Assembly: GCF_009914755.1 (NCBI RefSeq)
Contig: NC_060948.1
Source of the DNA: the human T2T-CHM13v2.0 reference genome, Homo sapiens
Strand: one strand, 5' to 3'
DNA length: 64,000 nt
Shown here: piece by piece, positions 21,102-35,330 of the stretch
Position numbering within the stretch: position 1 is the stretch's first letter
How the letters are laid out: each line of letters begins with the position of its first letter
Position numbers and translations under genes: made by a program
The notes under the pieces: generated by a model
What the model was told of the DNA's origin: nothing
Databases searched by the model: none
Seen by the model: only the letters and a program-made list of their open reading frames with translations

Positions 21102-21454
21102 TGTCTTAGTTCATTTTCACGCTGCTGAAGAAGACATACCTGAAACTGGGAATAAAAGGAGGTTTAATTGGACTGACAGTTCCACATGGCTGTGGAGGCC
21201 TCAGAATCATGGTATACGAATAAAGGCACTTCTTACATGGCAATGCCAAGAGAGAATGAGGAAGAACCTGAGGCAGAAACCCCTGAAAAACCCATCAGAT
21301 CCCGTGAGACTTCTTCACTGTCACAAGAATAGCATGAGAAAGACCGACCCCCATGATTCAATTACCTCCCCCTGGGTCCCACCCGCAACACGAGGGAATT
21401 CTGGGAGATACAATTGAAGCTGAGATTTGAATGGAGACACACCAAACCATGTCA
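21102..21454 (-). mobile_element. THE1 solo LTR, unit 2
   Basis: Copy of 814-1166. Confidence 0.9.
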
Positions 21455-24400
21455 CTTCCCAAACAACTAAAAATTCCCAATAGAAGAAGCATTAATTATA
21501 TCAAAAAGTGGTGGACCAAGAAGGAACTATTAGCCTCATATCTCAAGAAAGACTCCAGTCAAGGCCTAGGGACTACTCATGAAAAGAGTTTAATAGCCGA
21601 CTCTCTCCCAGTGGATCTGGATTCCACCGGACTGTATCTTCACAGTAAGGGTGAAACAGAAGCAAACCCATTCCTATTTCCAAGCTCAAGGAACTTTGGT
21701 CAAAGTTCTCTTGGAGCTGAGCAGAACAAGGAGGCAAACAGAAAAGATTTGTGTCCCTGAGAAGTCATGGCCACAGGCTGGCTATCACACAGATTGTCAA
21801 GCCAGTTCCATATTGCATGGGTATTACAGAAAATCTCAAAACATAAATTTGTGTGTGGGTTGTCCCAGAGTAGCAGGATCTGGCAGAAGGAAATTTCCTT
21901 CTAACCCTCAAAGAATCCACATAAATCTTGTTACATTTGGGATTTTACGATTTGCTTCAGGAATGAGAATGGCCTTAATTTTCATATCTTTTTCTACACT
22001 CAGTTTATGTCTTGTTGGCGTCAAAGTTCTGCTTGCTTCACACAATGAGTTTAGGATTTTCCCTTTTTTATTCTATAGAATTCTTCATATATATTGAAAT
22101 GCTCTGCCTGGGGAAAAAAATCTGAGCCTAGCGTTTTATCTCTAGGAAGAATCCTTTATTTCCTTGGACATTTATGAGACTATACAGATTATATATGTCT
22201 TCTTGTATCAATTTTACTAAGCTATATACATAGCTTATGTTTATATATTATATATATAAATGTAAGATACAAATATAAAAATTATGTATAAATATGAAAA
22301 TATATATAGAAAGCGATATATATGTCTATATATAGAGACAGATTATAAATATCTGTCTATTTGATCTAAGTTTTCAAATTTGTAGGTTAAGGTGTTAACG
22401 ATATTTCCTTATTAGCTTCTTAATCTATGCTGTATCTATGGTTGTGTACCTTTTAAATTCTTAGTTTTATCTATGTTTTCTCCCTTTTTTTCTAAACTTG
22501 ACTGACGGTTGCATCATTTATTATATTTCTCCAACAAGCAAAGGTTAGCTTTGTATGTTTTACTAATTTTGTCTACATCATTATTCCCACACTTTAGTTT
22601 TTCAGAATTGATTCTGTTGTTTCTTTTCTAATTCTTTATTGAAATATCTAGTACATTAATTTTCAAGTTATTAGAGAAATATTTGTCTGTAAACTCCTAT
22701 TGTAATATCACTTTTCTTGCTACTCACAGATTTAATCTTTAATATTGGCGGTATCATTGAGTTCTAAGTACATTTCAATTCCTAGTATGATAATCTATGA
22801 ATTGCTGAGAAATAGTGTTTACAATTTTGTTGTTCTATTTCCACTTAAGTTTATTTTTACTTCTGCTAACTCAATTGAAAATTCTTTACTAATTTTTAAA
22901 ATCCTTGAACCCAAGAGATGGAGGTTGCAGTGAGCTGAGATCAGGCCACTGCATTCCAGACTGAGTGACAGAGTGGAACGAGATTTCAAAACAAAACAAA
23001 ACAAAACAAAACAAAACAGTCACTGGAAAGATAATAAAATACATAAATGTGGGATGTAATATGTAATCGTGATAAAATAAACTGGATTTTTTGTATAAGT
23101 TATACATATAAATGTAATGCCAAGACACTGATAAGACAACTCATGGTCTTATCTCAATACTTAGTGTCTTCATGTAACATATGTCCTTTAGGATAGTTAT
23201 AGTCCGTTTTCTTTCCAGGAGAGACAGATGAGAATGCAGAAATGTTAAAGTGCAAGGGACGGAAGCTTCCAGCTGTGCCCACCTGTAACCTGACGTAGAC
23301 AGTTCCACCGTTTGCTTCATTAATCATGCCAAAGGCTCTAATGCAAATGTGGTACAGAGTCACATGTTTTTGTATCTACATGATAGAAACTATAACTTCA
23401 TCCCTATATAGAAGGGTATATAGCATATGCCTCAGTGATAAATATAAGTGAATCATTGATCAGTAGGAAACCATTTTAAAAGTCTTTCATAACAGAACAA
23501 AATCCCTGAAAACATTTTCTTCTCAATCTCTGAGTTTTCTTACACGGCTTATGAATCTCTAGCCATACTAAAGAGATAGTATGCTGCTCTTCCCACAAAT
23601 TATTCATTGTATATAATTCCTGTAATCTAATAACAGTACCTTTACACCTCAGGGTTTAAAATGACTCCAACCTTTTTCTGTTTCTCCAATTAAAATAACT
23701 TTTTTAAGGTTTAATCTTCAGTAATTTTTTGTAGTAATATTTTTGAAGGTATTTGACCAGGATGATTTGCTTATATACCTACCTGACGTCTCCCTTTCTT
23801 CTGAATACATATTTTATTACCCACCTATTAGATCTAAGTTTAAGAAGTTGGAATAGGGATTTAAATCTAAATTCTACATTTGAATTTACAGGAGTCAGCG
23901 AGTCGGGGAAGTGCCTTTATGCACAGACCAATATCTGGCAATGGCACTAGGAGACAAATAAGCTTTACCAGTCTCAAAGCCCTGGCTACTACAGTGAATC
24001 CACCCTTCTCCTGGATCTTATCTACTTCAGCAAAAGAAGGCCACCCACTAAACCAGGCCCTTGTACTTTGGGTGGAAACTCCTAAGTCCTCTAGTCTCAA
24101 ACAGACAGCCAGGCTGCCAATTTCCACAATAATAATTTCTATAGCACTGAGTCTTTGGTAGCCTTGTAACTATAGCTACTGATGCTACAGTCTGGTCCCT
24201 GTATGATAAAACACCAGAGCAACAGAAACAAAAATATTGACTGAAGCCTTCTAAAATCTCTCTAAATATACCTTCAATAAATATCGTTTTTTTTTACAGA
24301 ACGACTGCTTTCAGCTTCCTGAACTAACGCTTGGCCTTCGCTAGTTGTCACTGTTGAAATTGATTCAAAAGTGTACATTTAACATGAAAGTCAACACAGA

Positions 24401-24674
24401 ATTTCATGTGTCAGCAACTAAAATTTTCAAAATGTTGCAAAATACAAATGTGAAACTGTATTTGTGAAATTTACCATTCATTGAAATTATATTTTCATAC
24501 CTACCCAGGCACAGAATTTTTTATAACTGTCTGCATGTTCTCCTCATGTGGGGGAAAAACAGCATCAGCAGGCAGAGGAATCCTTTGAAGCTGGAGGGAG
24601 AGGTTGCAGTGATCTGAGAGTTTGCCACTTGACTGCAGCCTGGATGACACAGTGAGACTCCAACTGAAAAGAAA

Positions 24675-24715
<41 letters not shown>

Positions 24716-24780
24716 CCAAAATTGATAAGTAAAAAAAAAATCCGTATTCGAAAACATGCTCACAGGCTAACTCCCATATC

Positions 24781-24825
<45 letters not shown>

Positions 24826-25248
24826 TCCTTGAAAACGAAAGTTCCACAAGGGCGAAACAAGAAAACAAATTTAACACCCCCCAAAGAAAGTACGAAGAGT
24901 AACCTCAAAAGAACCGCAGGGGAAAACAATTCAAAATTTACAAGTATCTACCCTAAAAGAAGCTGAAAGTCCCTCAAAAACTTTCCAGAGGCCATGTCCT
25001 TGTATTACAAAAATGATCATAAAAACTGGCAGGAGTAGACGAATAGAAATGCATCTTAAAACTTGCTGAACACTTCAAGTCTCCCATAAGAATTGTAATG
25101 GAAAATGGATCAGTCGGCAGTTTTTTCCATACAATTATGAACAAATTATATTTCTTCATACATAGATTTGTTTTTTCAATATTCTAAGGAATTAACTTTT
25201 ATATTAATAGTAGGTGATGTAAGAAAGCAGGCCTTTATCAAGATAACT

Positions 25249-28181
25249 GACACTGGATGTCCATACCATTACTCAGGTGGGCCTTAATTCCCAGCCAGGT
25301 TCCCTCCCTGGACACACACTGAAGGTCCCCAGCCATTTGGCAATCTCTTCACATTCCCAGCCCTGGAGGTAGCCCTAAAATACATGTACCTGAAGAAAAT
25401 AAAACATTGCCTCACACTGGAACCCAGTGTGGTCCTCCAGATTCCGTGTGAGGTGGACTAACTTATATGGGAAGGCAGGGCAGCGGGAGTGAGGATGGCA
25501 GAGAGGATTACACATGTCAAGGCAGCCGGGGTCATGGAAACAAAACATGACTGGCCTGGGAGAAACACTGTGAAAGGACACAGACCTAGGTGGGCCTCAG
25601 GTGGACATCCTCATGGAGAAAAAGGGGGCCCTGGTTGATCTCAAAATGAGCCCCAGGTGGTAGCAGGTCTTACCGCAGGGCAGGGAGCTGGCGAGTAATG
25701 ATGAGACAGCTATCCCTTAAGCCCTGCTTGTCACCCACTGACTTTAGCCACATATGCATCATAGTGGCTTAAGGTGCCCCGATCCTGAAATGTGGGTGTT
25801 ACATGTCCCTGATGGGCCTCTCTCCCCCAACCCACGGATTGCCTGGGATTGCTCACTGCAGTCTCCTCCCGGATCCTTGGGTTCTCCATGTGGGGCCCAG
25901 ATCCAGGTCAAAAGGCCTCTCAGTTCCCAGCCCTTCCCAGCCCTAGGCTGCTCGCCTGGCCTCCTCTCTGTTCCGCCTCTAGGGCTGACCCTCTCTCCAT
26001 GGGATAGAACTGCAATGGATTGAGCCATAGGCCCTGGCTGATGATCTAGGGGACTGCAGAAGTGGGTCCAGGACAGTTCAGGTGACAGTTCAAAGCCAAT
26101 TCCCCAGAGACCAAGGAATGACCAGCTAGGTCCTTTCCCATGATGCCCCATGGCGAACCCCACCTCAGCAATCCTGCCAAAACCCGGGCAGTCATGTTCA
26201 GCCAAACAGCTGAATGAGCTCAGGTAGGAGGTGTACTGCCTGCAGCTGGAGGCTTGACCTTCGTGATCCCAGAACCGCTGGACTGCAGTGGAATGAGACA
26301 CCCTGTAGCCTGCAGGGAGAGGAGTCAGGAAGGTTCATGCCAGTCCCACCCTCCCACACACCAGCTCCCCTACCATGCTGGGAGGCATTCCTTACCGAGG
26401 ATGCCAACACAGTGCTCCTTCATGATGATTTCACTGTGGAAATAAAGGTTGGGATGAAAGGAAATCATCCTGCCACCGGTAACCGGGATGGCTGAGTTCC
26501 TCCACCTGCCGGATCAAGGAGAAAGAGGATGGATTCAATGGGACCATCTCAACTAGCTGGGCTGAGGTGGCCTACTAGCTGTAGTGAACCATGAGTTTCC
26601 CCTTCCCAGCTCTCCCACTGAGACAACCCTGGTCCCCAGGGGGACCTCAAACTGACTCAGACACTGGACTCCTCCCACAGACCCAGGCTCCCCAGCCTGA
26701 CCTGCAAATCCATCACGTAGCAAAGCAGGACTTCCGCATGCTTTCCGACCCACGCCGACATCTCGTGTGCCAAACAATCTACCTCTGCGCAAGAACTCTC
26801 CAGAGGATTGGGTGGGCAAGCCTCGTGACGCCTTGCAATTTCGCAAGAACACAGACAATGTGGAACAGGGCCATCTCCCAGACATTTGGCCAGTCACCCT
26901 TCATTGTTGGCCCTCTATCTCTGTCTGGCGAGGAGGCAACGCCACAACTGTGGTGGTTTTTGGAGTGGGTGGACCCCGGCCAAGACGGCCTGGGCTGACC
27001 AGAGACGGGAGGCAGAAAAAGTGGGCAGGTGGTTGCAGCTGAGGGACGGGAGGGACCGGGGGTGGTGTGAGGCGGCTGCTTCTCTGAGTTTCTGAGATGC
27101 AGGAGGCCTTTGTGTGCTGGGTGCTGGACATGCTCCGCTGATGTCCGGGTGTGTGGTGTCCTCTTATCCTAGTCTCCCTGAGGGGTGGGCCTGTCCACCT
27201 GAGGGAAGCCTTGTAGTTAGAAGCCACAGCAGGGTCGTGCCTGGCGCTCTCCAAGGGAATTGCGTGGGTCCAGAGGAAGTTATACAGGCTCAGGGCCTAC
27301 ACGCCTTTGAGTGCAGCGCCTGCAGTTGGATGAATGCGCATCTGCGGAGCTGGTGCCCGCCGTCAGGTGGTCGGCAGCCCCATGCGCCGCGAACCCGTCT
27401 TAAGCACCTTGTGTTTCTGGGGTGAGCCTGCTGGAAACAGGCACCGAGAGCAGGGGTGGTTCAATGGCTGGTAATGGCATACAGATTCCCCGTCCTCCAG
27501 GGACGTTCCCAGGGAAACGCGTCCTTCGAATTTGGGCTGTGCGCAAAGGGACCTTGGCGCCGCGATTCTCCCTTGTCAGTGCTGGCCCTGGCTCCCCTTC
27601 CCTACCACGTGCTCCCAGGGCTGCTACAAGCGAGCTGCCCTCACAGCTGCGGGAACGTGGCCTCGGCTCCCACGCTGTCCCCCATCCCCTGCCTCCTGGC
27701 TGACCCCACGTGCCTCCCACCTGGCTCCTCCCCCCAAACAGCCCCCATACCCCCCGAGGCCCGATGACTATCCCCTGCTGCCCGCCATCCCAAATCGGCA
27801 GCCGCAAGGATATGGCTCTGGCTCACAAGGCGGAGATGCTCTGTGGCCTGGGGCATTCACGGAGCCCAGCTCCAAGTGAAGGACCTCCAGCGAGTCCATT
27901 GACGGCCCCGGTGTGCTCGGTCCAGGGCCAGGCTGTGCCCGCTGGCCCTCCTTCTGCCACCCCACGTCGGGCTCCACCTCAACCACCACCTCCACCTCAG
28001 CCATGATGTCTTCCACCTTCAGCACCGCCTCCTCTTCCAAGGCCGCCTCCTTGCTCTGTACCCCGGCCGTCCTCTCCAGCATTGCCTCCAGCCTGAACAC
28101 GGTTTTCTCCTGGGTGCTCCCACAGACCCTGGGCCTGCGCAGCCCAGCCCAGCCCAGCCCATGCCCCGCACCCGTAGGCTC
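25249..28181 (-). pseudogene. FAM197Y: Inverted TSPY paralogue (FAM197Y-type), unit 2
   Basis: Copy of 4968-7900 at offset +20281. Confidence 0.85.
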
Positions 28182-29740
28182 TGGGGGCCCGCTCCCCAGC
28201 AGACCCGCTCCCTGCAAGACCCACGGGCGTCGCCCTGCTGTGAACCTGGTCCCACACCTACGTGGACCCAGGTTTCCTGAGGAGCTCCGCTGGACCCGCA
28301 GATCCCGCACTGGCCAAAGGGCTCCGGTCCCCAGCAGGCTCAACTGCGCACAGGAGCTCGGGAGCCAGAGGCCCCGGCCCTGGGCTTGCAGAGCCCCACC
28401 AACAGGCACCGCAACCGCTGCTGCGGGTGCGGGAGCCTCTGGGTCGTCAAGGCAGCGCACAACAGCGTGCGCGCAGGCCAACAATGGCCAACCCTGGCGG
28501 CTGGCCTCTGGTGTGCCCAGGGCATAGGACAAGAGGCCCTTTGGAATGCTCCCTGGAGTACAGCATCCTCAGGGAGGAAGCATGGTACTCGGAGCCTCTA
28601 TTTGCCTCGACCTGTGAGAGTGTGTGCCGGGGCTCTGGCCTCTACAGCAGATCAATTCCACCTCAGCACCGGCAGGCGACTTTCCTCCCACGTGCCCGCC
28701 CCGATCACTTCCCCCAGGACACCCCTGCCGCCCTAGCCCCAGCAACCAGAGAGAGTTCTCTGCATCTGCTGTATTACCTCCGTACCATCTACCTGGCCTG
28801 CCTAACGAAGAGAGATGTTTCCTGTGTTCATGACACAGATGTTCATGGCTTGCCACACTGAGGATGTCAGGGCACAGGGCTGCCATGCCCACAATTCCAA
28901 AGGCCACGCAGCCCGCGTGTGCCCGGATGCCTAGCTACCCGGCACAAGCTCCAAGGGCTTCTCGGAGGAGGCTTGGGCAGGGAAGGCGGGGGGTGGGGGG
29001 GCTGGAGATGCAGGCCCGCCAGTGGCTGTGCCGCCCAGGGAGACGCCCACCGCCCTCCCATTGATTGGCCACGACGGGAGGAAGTCGGCCTGGGTGCGGC
29101 CCCCCGGCCCTTCGCGCGCAGTCCCTTAGGGGGCGCCTGGAAGCCCGGCGCATGCGCCCTGAGGGCTCGCTGACCTACCGGGTGCCAGAGAGGCTGCGGC
29201 AGGGTTTCTGTGGCGTGGGTCGGGCAGCACAGGCCTTGGTGTGTGCGAGTGCCAAGGAGGGCACCGCCTTCAGGATGGAGGCTGTACAGGAGGGGGCGGC
29301 CGGGGTGGAGAGTGAGCAGGCGGCTTTGGGGGAGGAGGCGGTGCTGCTGTTGGATGACATAATGGCGGAGGTGGAGGTGGTGGCGGAGGAGGAGGGCCTC
29401 GTGGAGCGGCGGGAGGAGGCCCAGCGGGCACAGCAGGCTGTGCCTGGCCCTGGGCCCATGACCCCAGAGTCTGCACTGGAGGAGCTGCTGGCCGTTCAGG
29501 TGGAGCTGGAGCCGGTTAATGCCCAAGCCAGGAAGGCCTTTTCTCGGCAGCGGGAAAAGATGGAGCGGAGGCGCAAGCCCCACCTAGACCGCAGAGGCGC
29601 CGTCATCCAGAGCGTCCCTGGCTTCTGGGCCAATGTTGTATCCTTCTCAGTGTTTCTTCGGCCTTTCTAGTGGAGAGGTGCTCTCGGGGAAGTGTAAGTG
29701 ACCGATGGGCAGCTCGGCGTCGATGTGACTCTTTGGGGAA
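27230..29740. promoter_or_regulatory. CpG island / TSPY promoter, unit 2
   Basis: As unit 1, plus TGATTGGCC (inverted CCAAT) at 29062-29070. Confidence 0.75.
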
Positions 29741-31714
29741 CAAAGGGGAGTTGCCACGGACCAGTGTGGCTGTGGAAAGCCGGAGCAGGCGTGGGTACTA
29801 TTGTCCTGCATGCGGCAGAGAAACCCTTGGTGATGCCGAGCAGCAGACGTTTGGGGCATCTTTTTGAAGAGCAGAAGCGAGTTCAGAGCGGAAGAGGTTT
29901 TTCAGTGAATGAAGCTATTTTTAAGGGAGTGTGATTGCTGCCCCTTGCTAGTCCGATCTGGGACTGGGCGTCTTCGGCTATAAGCAGATTCTGCCACTCC
30001 TCAGACACCAGCAAGTCTCTGCAAATCGCGCCTCCCCATGTCAGTGCAGTCAGCCTCAGAATCATACACCCTCTGTGAACACAGGAGGCCTTAGTTTACG
30101 GGGACGGGGAGGCGAAAGGAGATCATACATGGAAGCAGATCTGAGAAATCCCCTACCCCAGCCTCTGGGTGCTCTTAGGCCTTCTTCCCTGTTGCTCCTC
30201 GCTTTCCCTTCCATCGTGTGTAAAGTCTCTTTGACCTAAATCAGATTGCAAACCACCCCCAGATGTCAGCCCTGATCACTGACGAAGATGAAGACATGCT
30301 GAGCTACATGGTCAGCCTGGAGGTGAGGCCAGGAAGACTGGGGCTAGAGGGTTTAGCGGGGGAGGGTAAGGGAAATAATTCATTCCTGTAAGCAAGAGTG
30401 AGCACCTCACCCGAAAACCTATCTAAGCTTTCTCCACCTTGTCCTGACAGGTGGAAGAAGAGAAGCATCCTGTTCATCTCTGCAAGATCATGTTGTTCTT
30501 TCGGAGTAACCCCTACTTCCAGAATAAAGTGATTACCAAGGAATATCTGGTGAACATCACAGGTGACAGGTGGCTCCCAGGATGGGTAGTGGAAGGAAGA
30601 TGGTGGGTGGATCATTGCCAACGGGATCCAGCCCCCTTCCCACAAAAACTCCTGTCTCTGTAGAATACAGGGCTTCTCATTCCACTCCAATTGAGTGGTA
30701 TCCGGATTATGAAGTGGAGGCCTATCGCCGCAGACACCACAACAGCAGCCTTAACTTCTTCAACTGGTTCTCTGACCACAACTTCGCAGGATCTAACAAG
30801 ATTGCTGAGGTGAGTCCTCACTGGGAAACATGAGGAATGACCCCGTGTGTTCCCAGCTGCTTGGGTCACCTTTCTGAGCCCTGATGAGGCCTTTCCCGAT
30901 TGAGTCCCCTGACAGATCCTATGTAAGGACCTGTGGCGCAATCCCCTGCAATACTACAAGAGGATGAAGCCACCTGAAGAGGGAACAGAGACGTCAGGTG
31001 AGCCGTTAGTTGGCACTGGAGCTGTTTGATGCCCAGTATAAGGGGGTTGACACACCTGCCTATTCAGGGAGCCTGGGTGCTCATTTCAGAAATGTAGAAA
31101 TTGAGGCTCCTTTCGTACATGTAGAAATTCCTTGAGAGGAAGACAGAGAGTGACAGAATCCAGGACGTTCATGGCATTGGGCTGAAAAGGCACGTTAGAG
31201 ACTGCACTGCAAAGCGGGTGATAGCTGTGGAGTCTTAAGCCCAGTGAAGAATCGTCCATTTCCAGAATCAATGAGAAGTAAAGCTGAAAATCATTCAGTT
31301 CAGTCTGTGGCACTTGATTCCACGGCTGTCAACCCCACCGGCAGTCATCCCACCAACCCCATGAGATTGGGCTCCCTGAATGTGCGTCCTGGTCATCCTT
31401 GCCCCAAACCACAAAGGACTGTTTAGATTGATGGATTTCCTTAAGCTGTTGCCCCATCAGACTTGTGTGTGCTTTTAGGGCCCAGTGCATCTTGTTAGCT
31501 GACTCCCCTCACAGACAATACTGGGAATGGGGCAGGGATTGCGCAGAACAGTTTGTAACACGTGGTAGGAGGAAGTTTAAGGGATCACAAATGGGGAAGG
31601 GATATCCTTTTCTCAGCGGGCCCCACAATTGAAACATTTCAAAGTATGGCTCAGAGAAAATGCGTTTTAACATGAGTTTGTGTTTCTCTAGGGGACTCCC
31701 AGTTGTTGAGTTGA
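29152..31714 (+). CDS. TSPY: TSPY copy 2, 308 aa, intact
   Basis: Exons 29152-29637, 30245-30322, 30451-30562, 30664-30809, 30916-30997, 31692-31714. Same translation as copy 1. Confidence 0.97.
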
Positions 31715-31884
31715 ATATGATGGAGCATCAGATTTTACCTAATACAGCAGAACTCCTAAAAAGTTACAGCCATATGCAGGACGGCAGTACTCAGCATGGT
31801 CTTATGCACAGGAACTAAAGGAAAAAGAGATCGAGTCACAAAAATTCAGGAAGAGGGGGTAAATGTGGATTGTATGGAATGAAA

Positions 31885-31890
31885 AATAAA
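31885..31890 (+). terminator. TSPY polyadenylation signal, unit 2
   Basis: AATAAA plus TG-rich tract. Confidence 0.85.
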
Positions 31891-31940
31891 CATTCTCAAG
31901 GATGTGTGACTCTGTGTCTGTGTGTGTGTGTGTGTGTCTT

Positions 31941-31975
<35 letters not shown>

Positions 31976-34630
31976 TTATCCACTTTATTCGGGTGTCATA
32001 ATGAATTGATCAATCCACGTGCTTTATTCTCTTCATGGAAATAACCAGTCTGCGTTGGAGCTGGGCCTCTAAAGTTGTAGAGTGAATGGGTGTGGGATGT
32101 GTTGGGATTCTTCCTACAGGACAGAGTGGGAGAGGTAAAAGCAAAAGACAGCTTAGTTGGAGGCTGACTTCGTCCTGTGGAAGCAGAGATAGTTCAAGGA
32201 AAGGGGTTACTGGGTTTCCAGGGCCCAGTTTGCTGGGACCTCCAAAATCCTTCATTTTGGGTATCATCATACACAGTAGCTAAGCACAGGATGATGGAAA
32301 TCTTAAAGTTCGCTTTCGTGTTGAATCCACATGTTCTTTTAAAGGTGAATGCATGATCCTTTTCTGGGACAATCAGCCTCTCAGGACTTCTGAAACATCA
32401 ACGTGAGAAGAAATGGGCATGTAAGGTGTATGGAGGGACTGTGGGAAAGGTGACAGAGGCATGTGGGAAGGCATTCAGGATACGCTTTTGGCAGAGATGA
32501 CTAAGGGAAAACAGAAACTTACAGAAGTGAGGGGAAAGGGGGTGGATTAGTGGAATATAAGATTGTTGGAGAATCCATCCATGGACTCTCTTGTCACTTG
32601 ATGACCCAGGATATGGACACTCTTGTTGATGTTTACATCTTTAGTTGTTTTAAGCTTTTCTCCAAGATTCTGTGTTAGGTGAGGAGCCAATAACGTATGT
32701 AGCTAACAACAGTACGAGTGCATTTTGTGCTCTTGCAAAGTCTAGTGAGGCTCTATTCTCCCTCGTGATTGGCACTGCAGATTGTATCTGGAGCCCAGGG
32801 CCCCTAAATTTTCTGTGGCCTCTTCAGCATAGTTTGCCTAAGGTTTAGAACGTAAAGCGAATATAGTTGCGGAATATGTTTTGCAAGCCTCACACAGGAG
32901 GACAAAACATACAGCTTTCATTCGCGAGTGGGAGGCTGCTTCCCAGGAACACGTGTGTCTGCACAAGACAAGGGGTTGCCTCTGTCAAGGATGGGGCAGG
33001 AGGATTTCAGTGTCGGAGGCAGAACTTTCTTTCCTGTTCCCAGATGAAACAGTTCCAACACGAGCATCCATGTTGACCACACGCTACTAGAGTGCTAACA
33101 TTGCTGTCCCGTATAGACTCTGGTCAGCACAGCTTCTGTGAGAAGAGCTATGTTGTTTCAGGGAAGAGGGTTTGACAGTCAAAGTTCCTGAATCTGTTGT
33201 GGTGCCTGCAATATGCATTCTACCCCTCCTGCTCGGTGTCAAAGCAGTTGAGCTTTGAAAATCTATCGCCCGGTTTTGTCCCTGCTCCTATGCAGACCTC
33301 TGAAGCTCTGGAGCGGGAGTCTTGTCCTCCTCTGACTACCGTCCCCCTGACCCACAAACACAGGAGAAACAGGTGTTCTAAGCAAATTATTCTGAAAACA
33401 GTCGGAACCCTTTGGCCCCCTCAAGCTGCCCTGTATCCTACTGTGTGCATGTCAAAGACACTGTGGTCCAGTACGGTATCCCTATAGCGGCAATGGGGCA
33501 ACAGATTGGTGTGTGCACTCTGGGCAACTCAGATTAGGAAACGTCTGGGGACTTGCCTATAACGAGGTCGTCTTAAAACGTGTTGCCCCAAATTTAAGGC
33601 ATAGGAAAATGTTGAGGAAAGGGTCTTGCAATGATTTTTCTAGGAGGTAAATAGATAAGAAAATGACCGTAAATAGATGCCAGGGCTAGTTTTGGAGCTA
33701 GCCTGTTTTAAAGTGGTGGTAGGGGAGGAGCTTTTTCCAAGGCAGGTAGCAAACCAGGAACTGTCTACGATGGATGGGCGTGCCACGGGTTGGTGGCTCA
33801 GCCATATTGCCACCCCACCGAGTGAATGCAGCAGACTGGGCTTCTTCCTTGAATCCTACGTGCAATTCAGTCTAGTGATTTCACATGAGATCCCTTCTTC
33901 TGGTATTATCACAGATCGTGCTGAATTATACAGGCTGTGTAATGCTTCTTCCACTGAATATCCGTGCACGTGGGCCACAGATGCTAAGGGCACTGACAAA
34001 TTTGCACCGTGCCTCAGTAACTCGGAAGCACATCTGTGATTTGTACCGACAGGGACTTGGTGTCTTTTCGTGTTTAAAGTAGCACGTGTGTGTTTGTGGT
34101 TGCGTATGTTTATTTCTCTGTGCGGGTTTGTATATTTTCTCTGACTCCACCTGTGTCTCCGTGGTTCCGATATTTTTCCACACTCCCTGCGACAATTTGC
34201 ACATGCCTATCTCTACAACCATTGTAGACTTTGTATCTGTGTCTTTGAACATCTGTCACTCTCTCTCCCTTCCTTTTTTCTTTTCCTTCCTTTACACCCC
34301 TTTCATCCTTCCCTTGCTTCCCCACCACACTCTCTCCATCTGTATCGTCTATGTTTCTATTCTCTATCTGGGTTTACTTTCTAATTCTGAATTCAAGGGC
34401 ATTGAATTGAAAAGAAGCACTCTTCGTACTTTTATGTGTTTTAACTCATTTGGGGAATTTGGCGTGGTATTATTTACAGGGTTCTCTCTGCCCTTTCTCA
34501 TTGTTCTCCCCAGCCGGGGCTGTTATTATGTGAAAGCTGGTTTCCTTCATCACATCGCGTAGGCTCTAATGATGTTTCGTTTATTTTGATTCTCCTCACA
34601 CTACATAGTTTTAATTTACCTAATGTGACT

Positions 34631-34938
34631 GTTTTTTTGTTTGTTTTCCGAGAATGGGTCTTACTCTGTCTTCTAGGTTGGACAGCAGCCCCACGATCTC
34701 AGCCCACTGCAGCCCAGGCACCACACACCCATGTGATCCTGTCAACTCAGACTCTCACACACCTGGCAGTACAGGTGCATGCCACCCCTCCAAGCTATGT
34801 ATTAATTAACTAAATACTTACTTTTTGAATGTGGGTCCATGTTGCCCCAGGCTCATCTGGAACTCCTGAGTGCAGGCAATCCTCCCACCTCAGCTTATCA
34901 AAGTGCTGGGATGACAGGTGTGACCCATGGCCCTGCCA
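34631..34938 (-). mobile_element. Old antisense Alu, unit 2
   Basis: Copy of 14350-14657. Confidence 0.88.
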
Positions 34939-35330
34939 TGGCTTTGTGTTTTTTGCTTTTTTCTTCCTCCTCCTCACGTCTTGTTTTGAAACATGCACTG
35001 AAGGTTTCAATTCATGGACTATAGTCTCTGTGCCTGGAATTTCTATCTTTCAACTCATCATCAGCATTCATTGGGATTTTCATATATATATACACCTATA
35101 TAAGAATACCTATGTACACACATATATACGTATATACATGTATATACGTATATATGCACATTTATATACGTATATACATGTATATACGTATATATATACA
35201 TGTACACATATGTATTTATTTCTCAAGTTACGAAACGGCTTGCATTCTTTCCTGTGTCATGAAAAAGACTTTGCTAGAAAAGAAAAGCACTGCTTTATAA
35301 TAAAATATTTTATTTGCATTTATTTTGTTA

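Noticed and set aside
29065-29670. N-terminally extended 201-aa TSPY ORF in unit 2
   Set aside because: The extension comes from a TTG created by the promoter C>T variant and counted by a prokaryote-style ORF caller. The real start is ATG 29152.
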